Shown: positions 11,061 to 23,924, counted from the first letter of the whole stretch. The stretch: DNA of 63,910 bases, filler included, from Octopus bimaculoides (GCF_001194135.2; 5 parts of 4 records of this genome joined end to end with filler, not necessarily neighbours in it); one strand, 5' to 3'. The notes: generated by a model from the letters alone, not told the origin. Translations and numbers: made by a program.

Positions 11061-11257
11061 GGATGCACACAGACACATACACAGACCACATATATACATA
11101 TATATATTTTTCTCTCTCTCTCTCTCTCTCTAATCAAGCCTCCAAAAATTCACCACACACATATAGATTCAAAATAAGAACATCCCACCTCCTCCAAAAA
11201 CATCCTCTTCCCAAAACGCTAGAAAATAAATTCAACTCTCAAGTGTTTTCAACTCAC

Positions 11258-11414
11258 TGAGACCTTTGGAGATATGCTGTGCTTGAGAAGACCTGGCAAG
11301 CCAAGTGAGACCGTAACCATGGCCTATGCCAGTGCAGCATAACTTGTCCATTTAAGAGTACCCTTCAATCATTGGGCAATAAACTGCACTTGCGAAGACC
11401 TGTTGAGGCAAGTG
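11258..11414 (+). mobile_element. RTE ORF2 end and 3' UTR fragment
   Basis: GACCTTTGGAGATATGCTGTGCTTGAGAAGACC reads DLWRYAVLEKTWQAK*, matching DLWHYVVLKKTHQAK at 52.9 kb. Confidence 0.7.
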
Positions 11415-11781
11415 NNNNNNNNNNNNNNNNNNNNNNNNNNNNNNNNNNNNNNNNNNNNNNNNNNNNNNNNNNNNNNNNNNNNNNNNNNNNNNNNNNNNNN
11501 NNNNNNNNNNNNNNNNNNNNNNNNNNNNNNNNNNNNNNNNNNNNNNNNNNNNNNNNNNNNNNNNNNNNNNNNNNNNNNNNNNNNNNNNNNNNNNNNNNNN
11601 NNNNNNNNNNNNNNNNNNNNNNNNNNNNNNNNNNNNNNNNNNNNNNNNNNNNNNNNNNNNNNNNNNNNNNNNNNNNNNNNNNNNNNNNNNNNNNNNNNNN
11701 NNNNNNNNNNNNNNNNNNNNNNNNNNNNNNNNNNNNNNNNNNNNNNNNNNNNNNNNNNNNNNNNNNNNNNNNNNNNNNNNN

Positions 11782-11817
<36 letters not shown>

Positions 11818-11820
<3 letters not shown>

Positions 11821-12172
11821 TGCAGGAGTGGCTGTGTGGTAAGAAGCTCGATCCCAACAACATGGTTCCGAGTTCAGTCCCACTGCGTGGCACCTTGGGC
11901 AAGTGTCTCCTTCTATAACCTTGGGCCAACCAAAGCCTTGTGAGTGGATTAGGTAGACGGAAACTGAAAGAAGCCTGTCGTATATATATATATATGTATT
12001 TGTGAATGTGTCTGTGTTTGCCCCCCACCACCACCATCACTCGACAACAAATGCTGGTGTGTTTACATTCCTGTAACTTAGCGGTTCAACAAAAGAGACC
12101 GATAGAATAAGTACTAAGTTCGACTAAAGGCAGTGCTCCAGCATGGCTGCAGTCAAATGACTGAAACAAGAA
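11818..12172 (+). mobile_element. SINE family A copy
   Basis: Head GGTGCAGGAGTGGCTGTGTGG...GAGTTCAGTCC, internal (AT)n, and tail CAGTCAAATGACTGAAAC. Confidence 0.9.
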
Positions 12173-12268
12173 TATATATATATATATGAAAATAGAGTGA
12201 CAGAGGCAGTATTAATACCAAACGACAACATATTAACCACTTAAAATTAGATGTTGCATAAGAACACA

Positions 12269-12501
12269 CCAGGTGGCCCAAAAATAGGTTTACAGTTATC
12301 ACATAGGCACTTTAAATTTCTTTTAAAACATTATATTACATTTAAATTTCTATCTTACAAACTGAAAAGGGAGCTTGACAAAATTAACTAAATTAGCATA
12401 AAATAATGGTATCATATTTTTTTATAATTAAGATCTAAACTTAATATATGAATGCGAAAGAGATAGTTGATTAACTGTAAACCTACTTTTGGGCCACCCT
12501 G
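12269..12501. mobile_element. Tc1/mariner-type MITE
   Basis: TIR of about 30 bp: CAGGTGGCCCAAAAATAGGTTTACAGTTA ... TAACTGTAAACCTACTTTTGGGCCACCCTG, followed by TA. Confidence 0.85.
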
Positions 12502-13119
12502 TATAACCATATGAGAGTTTTCTCTCTTGGGTAAACATTGCAGTATTCGTGTTTAAATGGAACATCCACTTTGAAGTGGTGAACATATGTATAAATGAGG
12601 GGCTTCTTTCAATTTCAGTCCATCTACAACAATCCACTCACCAGGCTTTGGTCAACCAGGGGCCACAGTAGAAGGCACTTGCATTAATGGGGGAAAAAAA
12701 AGATGTTCAGCCACTCAAAAATTAGGTGCCACTGTTTTTGTTTGTTTGTTTGCTTGATTGTCTTCTTCAATGTCTGTGCTCTGATTTCTCAGGAACTGTG
12801 AAAGTTAAGGAATCCACATTATTTTGATTTTAATTAAATTTATAACAACTGTGATGAAAATGTTTCTATTTAAAAAAAATTTTTTTTTTTTTTTAGAAAT
12901 TTTGGTCTTTTTATGGGAAGACTATCAACTATCAAGTCCACATGCCAGCTGTGTTAAACATGGATCATGTCGGATGAGCTAGGGGGGTGAGGCTGTACAA
13001 AACTGGGATCACAACAAAGAAAACCATCAGGGGTTTAATTTAAAGTGAAAATTATGTCAATTATATCCATAATGGAGAAGGGTGGAGGTAGAAGGTGGGG
13101 AGGGTGGAGACTATTCTAA

Positions 13120-13350
13120 ACACAAGCTTAATAATCACATGTTTCATTAAATTCCTCATAATTTTCAAGGCAGAGTAGTTCACCAGGAAAATATGATAAC
13201 AAAAGGGTTAAGACCACCTTTAGTTCTATAATACCAACTTCCTGCTTTAAAGAGATTTATTTCACATTGATTTATGCTCCAAACACCAGCTTAATAACGG
13301 CAAAGTTATGGTACTAAATTCCTCATTATTTCCAAAATTAATTGAAACAA
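13120..13350 (-). repeat. Family Q repeat, two units in inverted orientation
   Basis: Reverse complement of the units at 7295-7850, including AAAAGGGTTAA. Confidence 0.65.
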
Positions 13351-13421
13351 AGACTGTTGTTTAGAAGGAATAAATATAAATCTTGGTTCAAAATACCATA
13401 ATTACATGAAAGATAAAAGCA

Positions 13422-13850
13422 ACGAGCTGGCAGAACCATTAGCATGAAAGGCTATGTGCTTAGCAGCACTTCCTCCATCATTACAGTCTGAGTTCAAATT
13501 CCACCAAGGATGACTTAGCCTTTTAGAGTCAATGAAATGAGTCCCAGTTGAGCACTGGGTTCAATGTAATTGACCTAACCCCTCCCCTAAAATTTCTGGC
13601 TTTGTGCCAAAATTATTATTATTATTATTATTATCATCAAGATGGCAAGCTGACAGAAATCATTAGGAGGTGAGGCAAAACGCTTAGCAGAATTTTGTCT
13701 GTCATTACGTTCCGAGTTCAAATTGCACCGAGGTTGACTTTGACTTTCAGCCATTTGCGGTTGATGAAATGAATACCAATTGCGCACTGGGGCAACGTAG
13801 TCAACTTCCCAACCCCTCAGAATTACTGGCCTCACACGGAAATAAGAAAG
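13422..13850 (+). mobile_element. Two tandem SINE family B copies separated by (ATT)n
   Basis: Each has GAGCTG(G/A)CAGAA...GAGTTCAAAT...AGT(A/C)CCA.TTG.GCACTGGG...CTGGC.T. Confidence 0.75.
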
Positions 13851-13857
13851 GATTATT

Positions 13858-14079
13858 ACATCATCATCATCATCATCATCGTTTAACGTCCGCTTTCCAT
13901 GCTAGCATGGGTTGGACGATTTGACTGAGGACTGGTGAAACCGGATGGTAACACCAGGCTCCAATCTAATTTGGCAGAGTTTCTACAGCTGGATGCCCTT
14001 CCTAACGCCAACCACTCAGAGAGTGTAGTGGGTGCTTTTACGTGTCACCCGCACGAAAACGGCCACGCTCGAAATGGTG
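13858..14079 (-). mobile_element. RTE-derived 3' end with (GAT)n tail
   Basis: Near-identical to 1272-1499. Confidence 0.8.
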
Positions 14080-14447
14080 NNNNNNNNNNNNNNNNNNNNN
14101 NNNNNNNNNNNNNNNNNNNNNNNNNNNNNNNNNNNNNNNNNNNNNNNNNNNNNNNNNNNNNNNNNNNNNNNNNNNNNNNNNNNNNNNNNNNNNNNNNNNN
14201 NNNNNNNNNNNNNNNNNNNNNNNNNNNNNNNNNNNNNNNNNNNNNNNNNNNNNNNNNNNNNNNNNNNNNNNNNNNNNNNNNNNNNNNNNNNNNNNNNNNN
14301 NNNNNNNNNNNNNNNNNNNNNNNNNNNNNNNNNNNNNNNNNNNNNNNNNNNNNNNNNNNNNNNNNNNNNNNNNNNNNNNNNNNNNNNNNNNNNNNNNNNN
14401 NNNNNNNAAGAGAAGCATGATTTCGAATAATTTAGTTCTAGATACAA

Positions 14448-14780
14448 GCACAGGCGTGACTGTGTGGTTAAGAAACTTACTTTGGAGCCACATGATTTGG
14501 GGTTCAGTCCCACGACACAGCACCTAGGACATGTGTCTTCTATTATAGCCTCAAGCCAATCAATGTCTTGGGAGTATATTCGGTAGCTGGAAACTGTGTG
14601 GTAGCCATCATGTGTGTGTGTGTGGTGTGTGTGTGTGTGGTGTGTGTGTGTGTGTGTCTCACTACTACTTGACAAATGGTGTTGGTTTGTCCCCATAACT
14701 TAGCAGTTAGGCAAACGGGATCAATGAAATCAGTACCAGACTTCGAAAAATAAATTGATTTGTTTGGCTAAACTTTTCAA
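14448..14780 (+). mobile_element. SINE family A copy with internal (GT)n
   Basis: Degenerate head, (GT)n at about 14610-14657, and 3' part CCCCATAACTTAGCAG...AGTACCAG. Confidence 0.75.
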
Positions 14781-14908
14781 GTTATTTATAAGTAAATGGT
14801 AAAAGGTAAATACAATCATCATCATCATCTTCATCAATGTCTGAATAAAAGACATGTCAGTCTTGGTTTAATGGCTTGTAAAAAATAAATAAATAAATAA
14901 ATATAATA

Positions 14909-15130
14909 TTAACAGGCTTTCGGAACAACAAGAATATCTTTCTGGCAAATTCCATCTACTCTTCGATATATTTCAGTGATTACTTCGACAAAATTAATTT
15001 TACATTTCCTACTTGAACGCTTCCGTTTAACACTGGGACATTTTTCAACTGACTGTGTTGCTTTCAGGACCAGGGCCCTGATTCCCTCTTCAGACAAATT
15101 CTCAAAGTCAGACGTGTCCAATAACACACA
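14909..15130 (-). other. Unassigned open frame in unique sequence (about 73 aa)
   Basis: VLLDTSDFENLSEEGIRALVLKATQSVEKCPSVKRKRSSRKCKINFVEVITEIYRRVDGICQKDILVVPKAC*. The 5' part of the track ORF is SINE tail. No family recognised. Confidence 0.2.
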
Positions 15131-15134
15131 CACT

Positions 15135-15535
15135 GGCACTCCATCGGTTACGACAACGAGGGATCCAATTAATCCACTCAATGCAACAACCTGCTCATGA
15201 AGGGCACACAAAAACTGGCATTCCATTGGTTATAATGATGAGGGTTCCAGCTGATCTAATCAACGGAACAACCTGCACATGAAGTTAAGATGCAAGTGGC
15301 CGAGTTCTCCACAGACACGTGTACCCATAACGTAGTTCTCAGAGAGATTCAGCATAACACAGAGTATGACAAGGCTGGCCCCTTGAAATACAGGTACTTT
15401 TTATTTTTGCCAGCTGAGTGGACTGGAGCAACGTGAAATAAAGTGTCTTGCTCAAGGACACAACGCATCGCCGGGAATTGAACTCACGACATTACCATCT
15501 TGAGCGAAATACCCTAACCACTAAGCCACGTGATT
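15135..15535 (-). mobile_element. tRNA-derived SINE family C (tail type 2, tail partly duplicated)
   Basis: Minus-strand A-box TGGCTTAGTGG, B-box GAGTTCAATTCC and CORE-like centre. Tail ...GGAACCCTC.TC.T..TAACC.A.GGA.TGCCA occurs twice. Confidence 0.85.
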
Positions 15536-16033
15536 TCACATAGATATTTACACACACACATGTACACATACACACACACACACAATAGACTTTTGCATGC
15601 TGTTTGTCTACTAATTTCATTCAGAAGACCCTTACCATCGTGAGCTGAATGCCCTAACCACAAAGCCACGTGCATTCACACACACACACTAAGCTCCACA
15701 CACTTCAAAATCAAAACCCACTTTCTTTATGAAGTGCCATGCTTCACGATGGTCCAAACATTCTCACGTTGCCATTTGAGAAACGGAACAGCACGATGTA
15801 ATGAATCAACACCGCATTTCGATTATGCAATAAAAAAAAGAATTATGACAAACACAAGAAGATAGCTTGCTTCAATAAAACACAGATTTATTACATGCTT
15901 AAACTGTTTCTTCACAAATTGTCGCACGCATGCATGCACACACACACACACAAATACACACACAAATAAAAATTGTAATGATAATCAAAAATAGCTTGCT
16001 TTACTCTGTATCAGAGTCATGACTACAAACAGA

Positions 16034-16081
<48 letters not shown>

Positions 16082-16313
16082 ATGAAGCAATTCAGAAGGA
16101 AGAGGAGTGAAATTTGATAAGAGGCAGCCTTGAATTTTTAATACAATAGCTTTGAACAGCTTGATATGAGCCAAGGCTAATTTTGGCAGAGCCAGATCTG
16201 TTACATAAAGTTATCAATGTAACACTGGTATGTTACAAATATATTGGATAACACACACACACACATTCACCACCACTACAACCACTGCCCCCCTCTTCCA
16301 CACACACACACAG

Positions 16314-16347
<34 letters not shown>

Positions 16348-16494
16348 ATTACATAATGCTCCTCCCTCCTACTCTCTTATTACAATTGCTCCCACCACCG
16401 TTATCGCTCCAGCTGCATTTACATTTGTGTCATATCTATCAGGTAAAAAGTATGATAGCTAACGATTTCTGTCCCACCACCACTGCCACTACCT

Positions 16495-16676
16495 CTCCCT
16501 CTCTCTCTAGTTCTGATTCTCATTCTCTCTGTTTCACTCTCTCTCTCTCTTTTGCTCTGTCTTCCATCCTCTCTCTCTCTCTCTCTGTCTCTTGTTCTTT
16601 TTTGCTCTGTCTCACATTCTCTCTGTATCTCTCTCTCTCTCTCTCTCTGTCTCTTGTTCTTTTTTGCTCTGTCTCA

Positions 16677-16725
<49 letters not shown>

Positions 16726-16890
16726 GCTGTCTCTCTGTCACTTGTTCTCCCTTGCTCTGTTTGTCTTGCTTCTCATTCTCTCTCCCCCTTCTGTCCCTCT
16801 CTCTCATTCTCTCTATCACTGGTTCCTCATTTTCACTCTCTCTCTCTCTGGCTCTCATTCTCTCCTTGTCTATCATTCTCTTTCTCTCTA
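16495..16890. repeat. (CT)n low-complexity tract with an internal duplication
   Basis: CTCTCTGTCTCTTGTTCTTTTTTGCTCTGTCTCACATTCTCTCT occurs twice. Confidence 0.9.
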
Positions 16891-17139
16891 CCAATCACTT
16901 TGAAAGTATTATCCATGTCACAGACAATTCCTTAATCTATTGGGGGAAAGAAAGAATGGCATATTGCTAAAGGACATTTCTGATATACACTCGAATGTCA
17001 CCTGTACCCCCAGATTAAAGAAACATATGCCCACCACTCACAAAGCCTGTCCTAGTTTCTTTTCCTATCTTGAAGGTCCTCTGTTCCAATTCTTTTTTTT
17101 GTTGTTGATGCTTAGCCCTAGGTCAGACCAAAGATGATA

Positions 17140-17395
17140 ATTGAAAGTGGAAGTATTGTTTTCAGTTGCGTTTGTTTATTTGTTTATCTGTCTGTGGACA
17201 AGATATCTCAAAAACCACAGGAGAAATTCAGATGAAACTTTCAGGGACATCTGGCCTCATGACTGGCAAGAAGTAATTAGATTTTGGGATCAATCCGGTA
17301 CTGGACAAGGATTCTGGATTATTTTTCCTGTTTTTTTACTTAATTTTTGAGAGCCGTCAGGTTCATTTTTAGTATTCTCATTTGTGAGAGCAGTC
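17140..17395 (-). mobile_element. Non-autonomous Helentron/HINE-like element, partial
   Basis: Reverse-complement match to 45525-46100, lacking that copy's central segment of about 170 bp. Confidence 0.6.
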
Positions 17396-17942
17396 AAACT
17401 GTCCAACCATGCCAGCATGGAAAACGGATGTTAAACGATGATGAAAATGATGATGATGATATATGACAGGCATCTTTCAGTTTTCACTATCAAATCTGCT
17501 CACAAAGCTTTGGTCAGCCTGGGTCTTTTACTTTTTTTCAAGCATTAGATTGTGGCCATGCTGGAGCACCACCTTGAAGAATTTTAGTTGAATGAATCAA
17601 CCCCAGTATTAATTCTTTCTTTCTCTTCCTTCGAACTGCAAAGTTATAAGAATGTAAACACACCAACACTGGTTGTCTAACAGTGGTAGGGGACAAGCAC
17701 AGGCACAAAGACACATACGTCCCAAGGTACCACCCAATAGCAGTTTGTAGTACTTGTGACATCTTCTAGTGGTCCAACTTCCTGCCAGTTCCCTTGTCTG
17801 TGATTTCCTGTCTTGTCATTTAATCTACTAAATTTACTCCAAGTTCCATCATATACCATTCTCTTCTAACATCTTCCATTTCTTTGTCTGGCATTTATGT
17901 TGCTATTTTGGTCTTCTTTGTTGCTGTTGTTGTTGTTTTCCC

Positions 17943-17996
<54 letters not shown>

Positions 17997-19019
17997 GCTT
18001 TATACCAAAATATAACTGGCAATGAATTGTGAGTTGTTATTGAAGGTCAAACCAATTAACGAAACTAATTGGGATAAAAAAGAAAAAACAAACAAATCAA
18101 CCCCCNNNNNNNNNNNNNNNNNNNNNNNNNNNNNNNNNNNNNNNNNNNNNNNNNNNNNNNNNNNNNNNNNNNNNNNNNNNNNNNNNNNNNNNNNNNNNNN
18201 NNNNNNNNNNNNNNNNNNNNNNNNNNNNNNNNNNNNNNNNNNNNNNNNNNNNNNNNNNNNNNNNNNNNNNNNNNNNNNNNNNNNNNNNNNNNNNNNNNNN
18301 NNNNNNNNNNNNNNNNNNNNNNNNNNNNNNNNNNNNNNNNNNNNNNNNNNNNNNNNNNNNNNNNNNNNNNNNNNNNNNNNNNNNNNNNNNNNNNNNNNNN
18401 NNNNNNNNNNNNNNNNNNNNNNNNNNNNNNNNNNNNNNNNNNNNNNNNNNNNNNNNNNNNNNNNNNNNNNNNNNNNNNNNNNNNNNNNNNNNNNNNNNNN
18501 NNNNNNNNNNNNNNNNNNNNNNNNNNNNNNNNNNNNNNNNNNNNNNNNNNNNNNNNNNNNNNNNNNNNNNNNNNNNNNNNNNNNNNNNNNNNNNNNNNNN
18601 NNNNNNNNNNNNNNNNNNNNNNNNNNNNNNNNNNNNNNNNNNNNNNNNNNNNNNNNNNNNNNNNNNNNNNNNNNNNNNNNNNNNNNNNNNNNNNNNNNNN
18701 NNNNNNNNNNNNNNNNGGTATATATTTTTTTCCTCTCTCCTGTCTAAATCACACATTCACATTGATATTATAAACACAGTGTTGTATTTGTAGAATTGTT
18801 GAAGAATATGTAAAGGAATATAATATTAACTCAGTATCTCAAATGGTACAGGTGTATCATAGTTACACTTCTGATCTTCCAGCAGCCAATATCATGTTCA
18901 TGCTACATGGTGCTAACATTACCATTTGATATCTTTTATCATTTGCTTGTTTTAGTCATTGGACTGCAGCCATGTTGCGGCTCTGCCTTGATGAATTTTT
19001 CATCAAATGAAGTATTTAC

Positions 19020-19420
19020 TTACTGTTTTATTTGTTTCAGTCATTTGACTGTGGCCATGCTGGAGCACCGCCTTTAGTCGAGCAAATCGACCCCAGGACT
19101 TATTCTTTGTAAGCCTAGTACTTATTTTATCGGTCTCTTTTGCAGAACCGCTAAGTTATAGGGACGTAAACACACCAGCATCGGTTGTCAAGCGATGCTG
19201 AGGGACAAACACAGATGCACAAAATACACACACACACATATATATATATATATACATACATACGACGGACTTCTTTCAGTTTCCGTCTACCAAATCCAAT
19301 CACAAGGCTTTGGTCGGCCCGAAGCTATAGCAGAAGACACTTGCCCAAGGTGCCATGCAGTGGGACTGAACCCGGAACCATGTGGTTGGTAAGCAAGCTA
19401 CTTACCACACAGCCACTCCT
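19020..19420 (-). mobile_element. SINE family A, full-length copy
   Basis: Reverse complement of 21003-21420. Confidence 0.9.
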
Positions 19421-19548
19421 ATGCCTTTACCTTTTTATTTTCTTAAACCTGGTACTTATTTTGTCAGACCACTAAGTTAGACACCAACGCCAATTGTCAA
19501 GTGGTGGTGGAAGACAAACACAAACAGAAATACACACACATGCATATA

Positions 19549-20089
19549 TGAGGTGGTGTCAAAATGTTCCTGGACTAGTTCTGTAGTGCACCAACAGATG
19601 GCAGAACACAGTTGCATGTGCAGTGAAAGCTAGCAGTGTGTCAAGTGACATCACTGTGTTTATTTTTTCAAGTTGTGAAATCTGTGTTTTTGTGATCACA
19701 TGTATGCTTGTAGTCTGTGACTTTGTCATGGACAGGAACAAAGAGCCAATGTGAAATTTTGCATTAAACTTAGGAAGTCTACTATAGAAATAGTGAGCAT
19801 GCTTTGGCAAGCTTACAGCAGCAAGGCAATGGGTTGTACACAATGTTTTGAGTGCCACAAGTGCTTCAAAAGTGGAAGAACATCCCAGGAAGATGATGAG
19901 TGATCTGGAAGACTTCCCAAGAGCTTTGCCTCTGGAAATGTGGTATTGTGCATCAAGAATTCATCCCCCAGCGCCAAACTATCGATCGAGAGTTCTACTG
20001 CAATGTGTTGAAGTTTTTGAGGGAGAACATTTACCAAAAGTGACAAAATCTGTGGAGCATGAAGAATTAGCTTCTTCATGACGACAATG
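19549..20089 (+). mobile_element. Mariner fragment, internally deleted (same family as 1918)
   Basis: TA + TGAGGTGGTGTCAAAATGTTCCTGGACT. Reads EQRANVKFCIKL...SGRTSQEDDE*SGR, then jumps to GIVHQEFIP..QTIDREFYCNVL...LLHDDN. Confidence 0.85.
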
Positions 20090-20390
20090 TAAACTTGTGT
20101 TTTGCTCATGGCAGCATCCTTATAAGCTGTTTGAAGCATGACAGCTGTTTCGGCTGCTGTTTTCCCCAGCAGAAAACAGAATTTCACAAAAGCATGCTGT
20201 TCCTTGTTTCAGCCATTGTAAAAATTGTTGAACAGGGGTAAAGCACTGCAACACAAAGACACACGACGTGGGAGTAGAACTTCACTGGATGCCTGAGGCT
20301 CGCATCAAGTGGCTTATAGCAGCAGAAGCCTGAACTACAACGGGCTTGTCCCACAGAGAACATCTTTGGTTACTTTTGGTCACATCCTCA
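20089..20390 (-). mobile_element. Second mariner family 5' fragment, inverted against the first
   Basis: Minus-strand TA + TGAGGATGTGACCAAAAGTAACC. Reads MKFCFLLGKTAAETAVMLQTAYKDAAMSKTQVY. Confidence 0.8.
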
Positions 20391-20518
20391 TATATACACA
20401 CACACACACACACAAACATATACACCCATACATACAGATAAATGCATGTACATTATTACTTGTGCGCGCACACACATGCGTGCATGTATGTATGTATGTA
20501 TGTATGTATGTATGTATG

Positions 20519-20565
<47 letters not shown>

Positions 20566-21002
20566 TCTAAAACCATTTCATTTCCTATGAGTTGTATCTT
20601 AGTAATTACTGCATTGTTCAACATGGGACACGTGCACGTAGTAGCTCGAAGTCTATAAGACAAACATTGAAAGTGGCACAGTTTCACTAAGAATACACAA
20701 AACTATTAATAAGCGCCATGCTGATCCATTTAGTGCACTAACAATATCACATAGAGTGCAGAAACCTTGTAATATTGATGACTAGAAGCCAAGAATAATA
20801 CAGCAATTTCAAGTTATTAGTTTGGAAAAGCTAGAATTGAGCAAAGAAAATATTAGCTCCAGGAATAAAAGAAGGATATTTTTGAACATTTTGTTACATT
20901 TATTCTGTTATTCCAGGTTGGCAGTTTTGCTTCTTTCTGTTTAGAATTTTATACTGTTGTTTACAATGAATGCTCTGTTCAATTTAAATTTAGCATGAAG
21001 TA

Positions 21003-21164
21003 GGCGCAGGAGTGGCTGTGTGGTAAGTAGCTTGCTTACCAACCACATGGTTCCGAGTTCAGTCCCACTGCGTGGCACCTTGGGCAAGTGTCTTCTACTA
21101 TAACCTCGGGCCGACCAATGCCTTGTGAGTGGATTTGGTAGGTGGAAACTGAAAGAAGCCCATC

Positions 21165-21210
<46 letters not shown>

Positions 21211-21420
21211 TTGTGTGTCTGTGTTTGTCCGCCCTCCATTGCTTGACAACAGATGTTGGTGTGTTTACGTCCCCGTAACTTAGCGGTTCGGCAAAAGAGA
21301 CCGATAGAATAAGTACTAGGCTTACAAAGAATAAGTCCTGGGGTCGATTTGTTCGACTAAAGACGGTGCTCCAGCATGGCCGCAGTCAAATGACTGAAAC
21401 AAGTAAAAGAGTAAAGAGTA
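21003..21420 (+). mobile_element. SINE family A, best-preserved full-length copy
   Basis: A-box TGGCTGTGTGG, B-box GAGTTCAGTCC, ACCTTGGGCAAGTGTCTT (like the start of CORE), central domain, (AT)n at about 21165-21205, and 3' GGTGCTCCAGCATGGCCGCAGTCAAATGACTGAAACAAGTAAAAGAGTAAAGAG. Confidence 0.92.
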
Positions 21421-21872
21421 TAGTTAACCTTGTATATACACACATATACACAAATTTATTGTAAAATACACTTAAAGTAAATTCATTTTCTACATATATA
21501 TTCATGATTTTGGGTTCAGTTCCACTGTAATGCATTTGGACAGGCATCTTCTACTATAGCCCCAAGCTGACCAAGTGCTTGTGAGAGGATTTACTAGATG
21601 GATACTGAAAGCAGCTCGTTGTGTGAGTGAGTGAGTGAGTAATTTTTGTATTTGTTTCAATCACTGGATTGCAGTCATGCTGGAGCAGAATGTCAGTCGT
21701 TTCCGATATTCTGCCAAACCATGTCCGGCCACAGAGAAATATCATCTTAGTTTGGGAACGGGTGAGTGTTGGTAACAAGAAGGGCATCGAGCTATAGAAA
21801 ATCTGCCTCAATAAACTCTGCTCAACCCATGGAAACATGAAGAAGTGGGAGTTAAAAATGAGCATTTCATTC

Positions 21873-21934
<62 letters not shown>

Positions 21935-22111
21935 AAAAAAGCATTTTTATAGTTTCCATTTATCAACCCATGCCAGCATGAAAGGCAGACATTAAACGAT
22001 GATGATGATGGTGATGTATGCATGTTTCATCATATATCTTATATCACATTGTATATATAACTCATCATGTATATTACATATATCTCATTGTATACATTAA
22101 ATATCTCATCG

Positions 22112-22156
<45 letters not shown>

Positions 22157-22839
22157 GAAGCTTCTTCTAGTTTCCATTTATCAAATCCACTCACATGGAG
22201 GCCTTGGTTGACTTAGGCTATCACTGAAGACACTCACGCAAGGTGCCATACAATTAGACTGGACCTGAAGCAATTTTCTCAGCCACAGAGACAAGTGTGT
22301 GTGTGCATGTGAGCATGCATGCATGTGTGTGTGTGTGCATGTGAGCATGCATGCATGTGTGTGTGTGTGTTTGTAGTGTGGATGTGAGTGCATTTGCACC
22401 AATGTAAAAATGGCGAATATCATTGGTTCTGTTTATGAAAAGTCATAACCTTAGCTATTGAATGAAGAGGTATGACTAACCTAAACAGGAGGGGGTCAAT
22501 ATGGTACGATTAAAACCACTATAAAGGCGATGCCCCAGCATGGGCAGAGTCCAAAGCAAAAAGAAAAAAAACTATGGATCAGGCATTTCTAGGATGACGG
22601 TTTTTTTGTTAATTGTCTGCTTTAAGATAAATAATATATTATATTCCACCTAATTTCATTAGTCCCTCAGACATCAATTGCACAAATTGCTCCAACAAAA
22701 CTGTCAAGACTATTTCTCTCACCAAACAATAACATTACCGGTTGGGGAAAAAAAACAAAAACAAAAAAAAAGGGGGTTTCTTTCATAATTTTTTCATTTT
22801 TGTCTCATGCATTCCTGTATATTTGCATAAGTTTTTTTT

Positions 22840-23031
22840 TCTTTCATTACATAAAATACACACACGTGTGTATCTGCATGTGTACACACACACACACACA
22901 CATATATATAATGTATGTGTATATTTATATGTTTTCATTATATAAAATACACACACGTGTGTATGTGCATGTGTATACACGCACACATGTGCGTGTCTAT
23001 GGGTTTATGTATGTATGTGTGTTTGTATGTG

Positions 23032-23063
<32 letters not shown>

Positions 23064-23260
23064 ACTTTTCAACTCATTCTCGTGTGTGTGTGTGCGCGCG
23101 TGCACATATATATGTGTGTATATTACATCAATATGCATGCTTTTATACACATACACACACACACTTCTAAACTCATTCTCATGTGTATGCATGCGTGCAC
23201 ATATATATGTGTGTATATTACATGATGTGCATGCATTTACACACACACACACACACGTTC
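22840..23260. repeat. Compound CA/TA/TG microsatellite field with repeated larger units
   Basis: Repeated ATAAAATACACACACGTGTGTAT and CTCATTCTC.TGTGT units. Confidence 0.85.
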
Positions 23261-23371
23261 ATTTAATTATTAAATACCACTGAACTCTTTCCTCATATTA
23301 TTCCTACTTTAAGTCTTTGCAATGGCCATTATTGTTGTTGTTGTTGTTGTTGTTAACCTTTTCTGTTGTAG

Positions 23372-23467
23372 TCTACAGAAATAGCTGAAGATATTCTTAC
23401 CGACAACAACAAGAACAATGCTGATGATGATGCTGACGACGATGAGGATGTAGAAGATAATGAACAG
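23372..23467 (+). other. Candidate 96-nt acidic coding exon
   Basis: TTTTCTGTTGTAG acceptor and CAG|GTTAAG donor, phase 0-0. Reads STEIAEDILTDNNKNNADDDADDDEDVEDNEQ. Could instead be triplet low-complexity DNA. Confidence 0.3.
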
Positions 23468-23924
23468 GTTAAGCTTTTATTCCATTCCTATAAATAGACA
23501 TCAAAGCAAGGATTTGTTTCCTGAATAAGCTGAAGCAACAACAACAACAACGGCAGCTCTTTAGCCTTACACGCTTGAGGGATCAGAAAAACAGAGCAGA
23601 GTTATAAAGGCTGAGGATATTGTTTTACATTGTCTTGTATGTAAGGAATTGGCTGAAGAAAGGCATTCTGTAAGGACGTGGGTGTTTCTGGGGAAAGAAT
23701 CGGAATTGCAGGAAGGTAGAAAAAGGAAAGAGAAGTGTAGTGCTTCTGGTTTTTGGTGCCAAGGGTGATACAGAAGTTGTGATGGTGGTGGTCGTGGTGC
23801 CTGTGGAAGGATGATACCATAAAGTGATATTGAGAAGGATTCAGATTCACTTCTCCAGAGAAGGGATCCAGTGGTTTCGAGGACTGATGCTAGCTAACAA
23901 GACACAAAGAGAGAGAAAGAGTGT

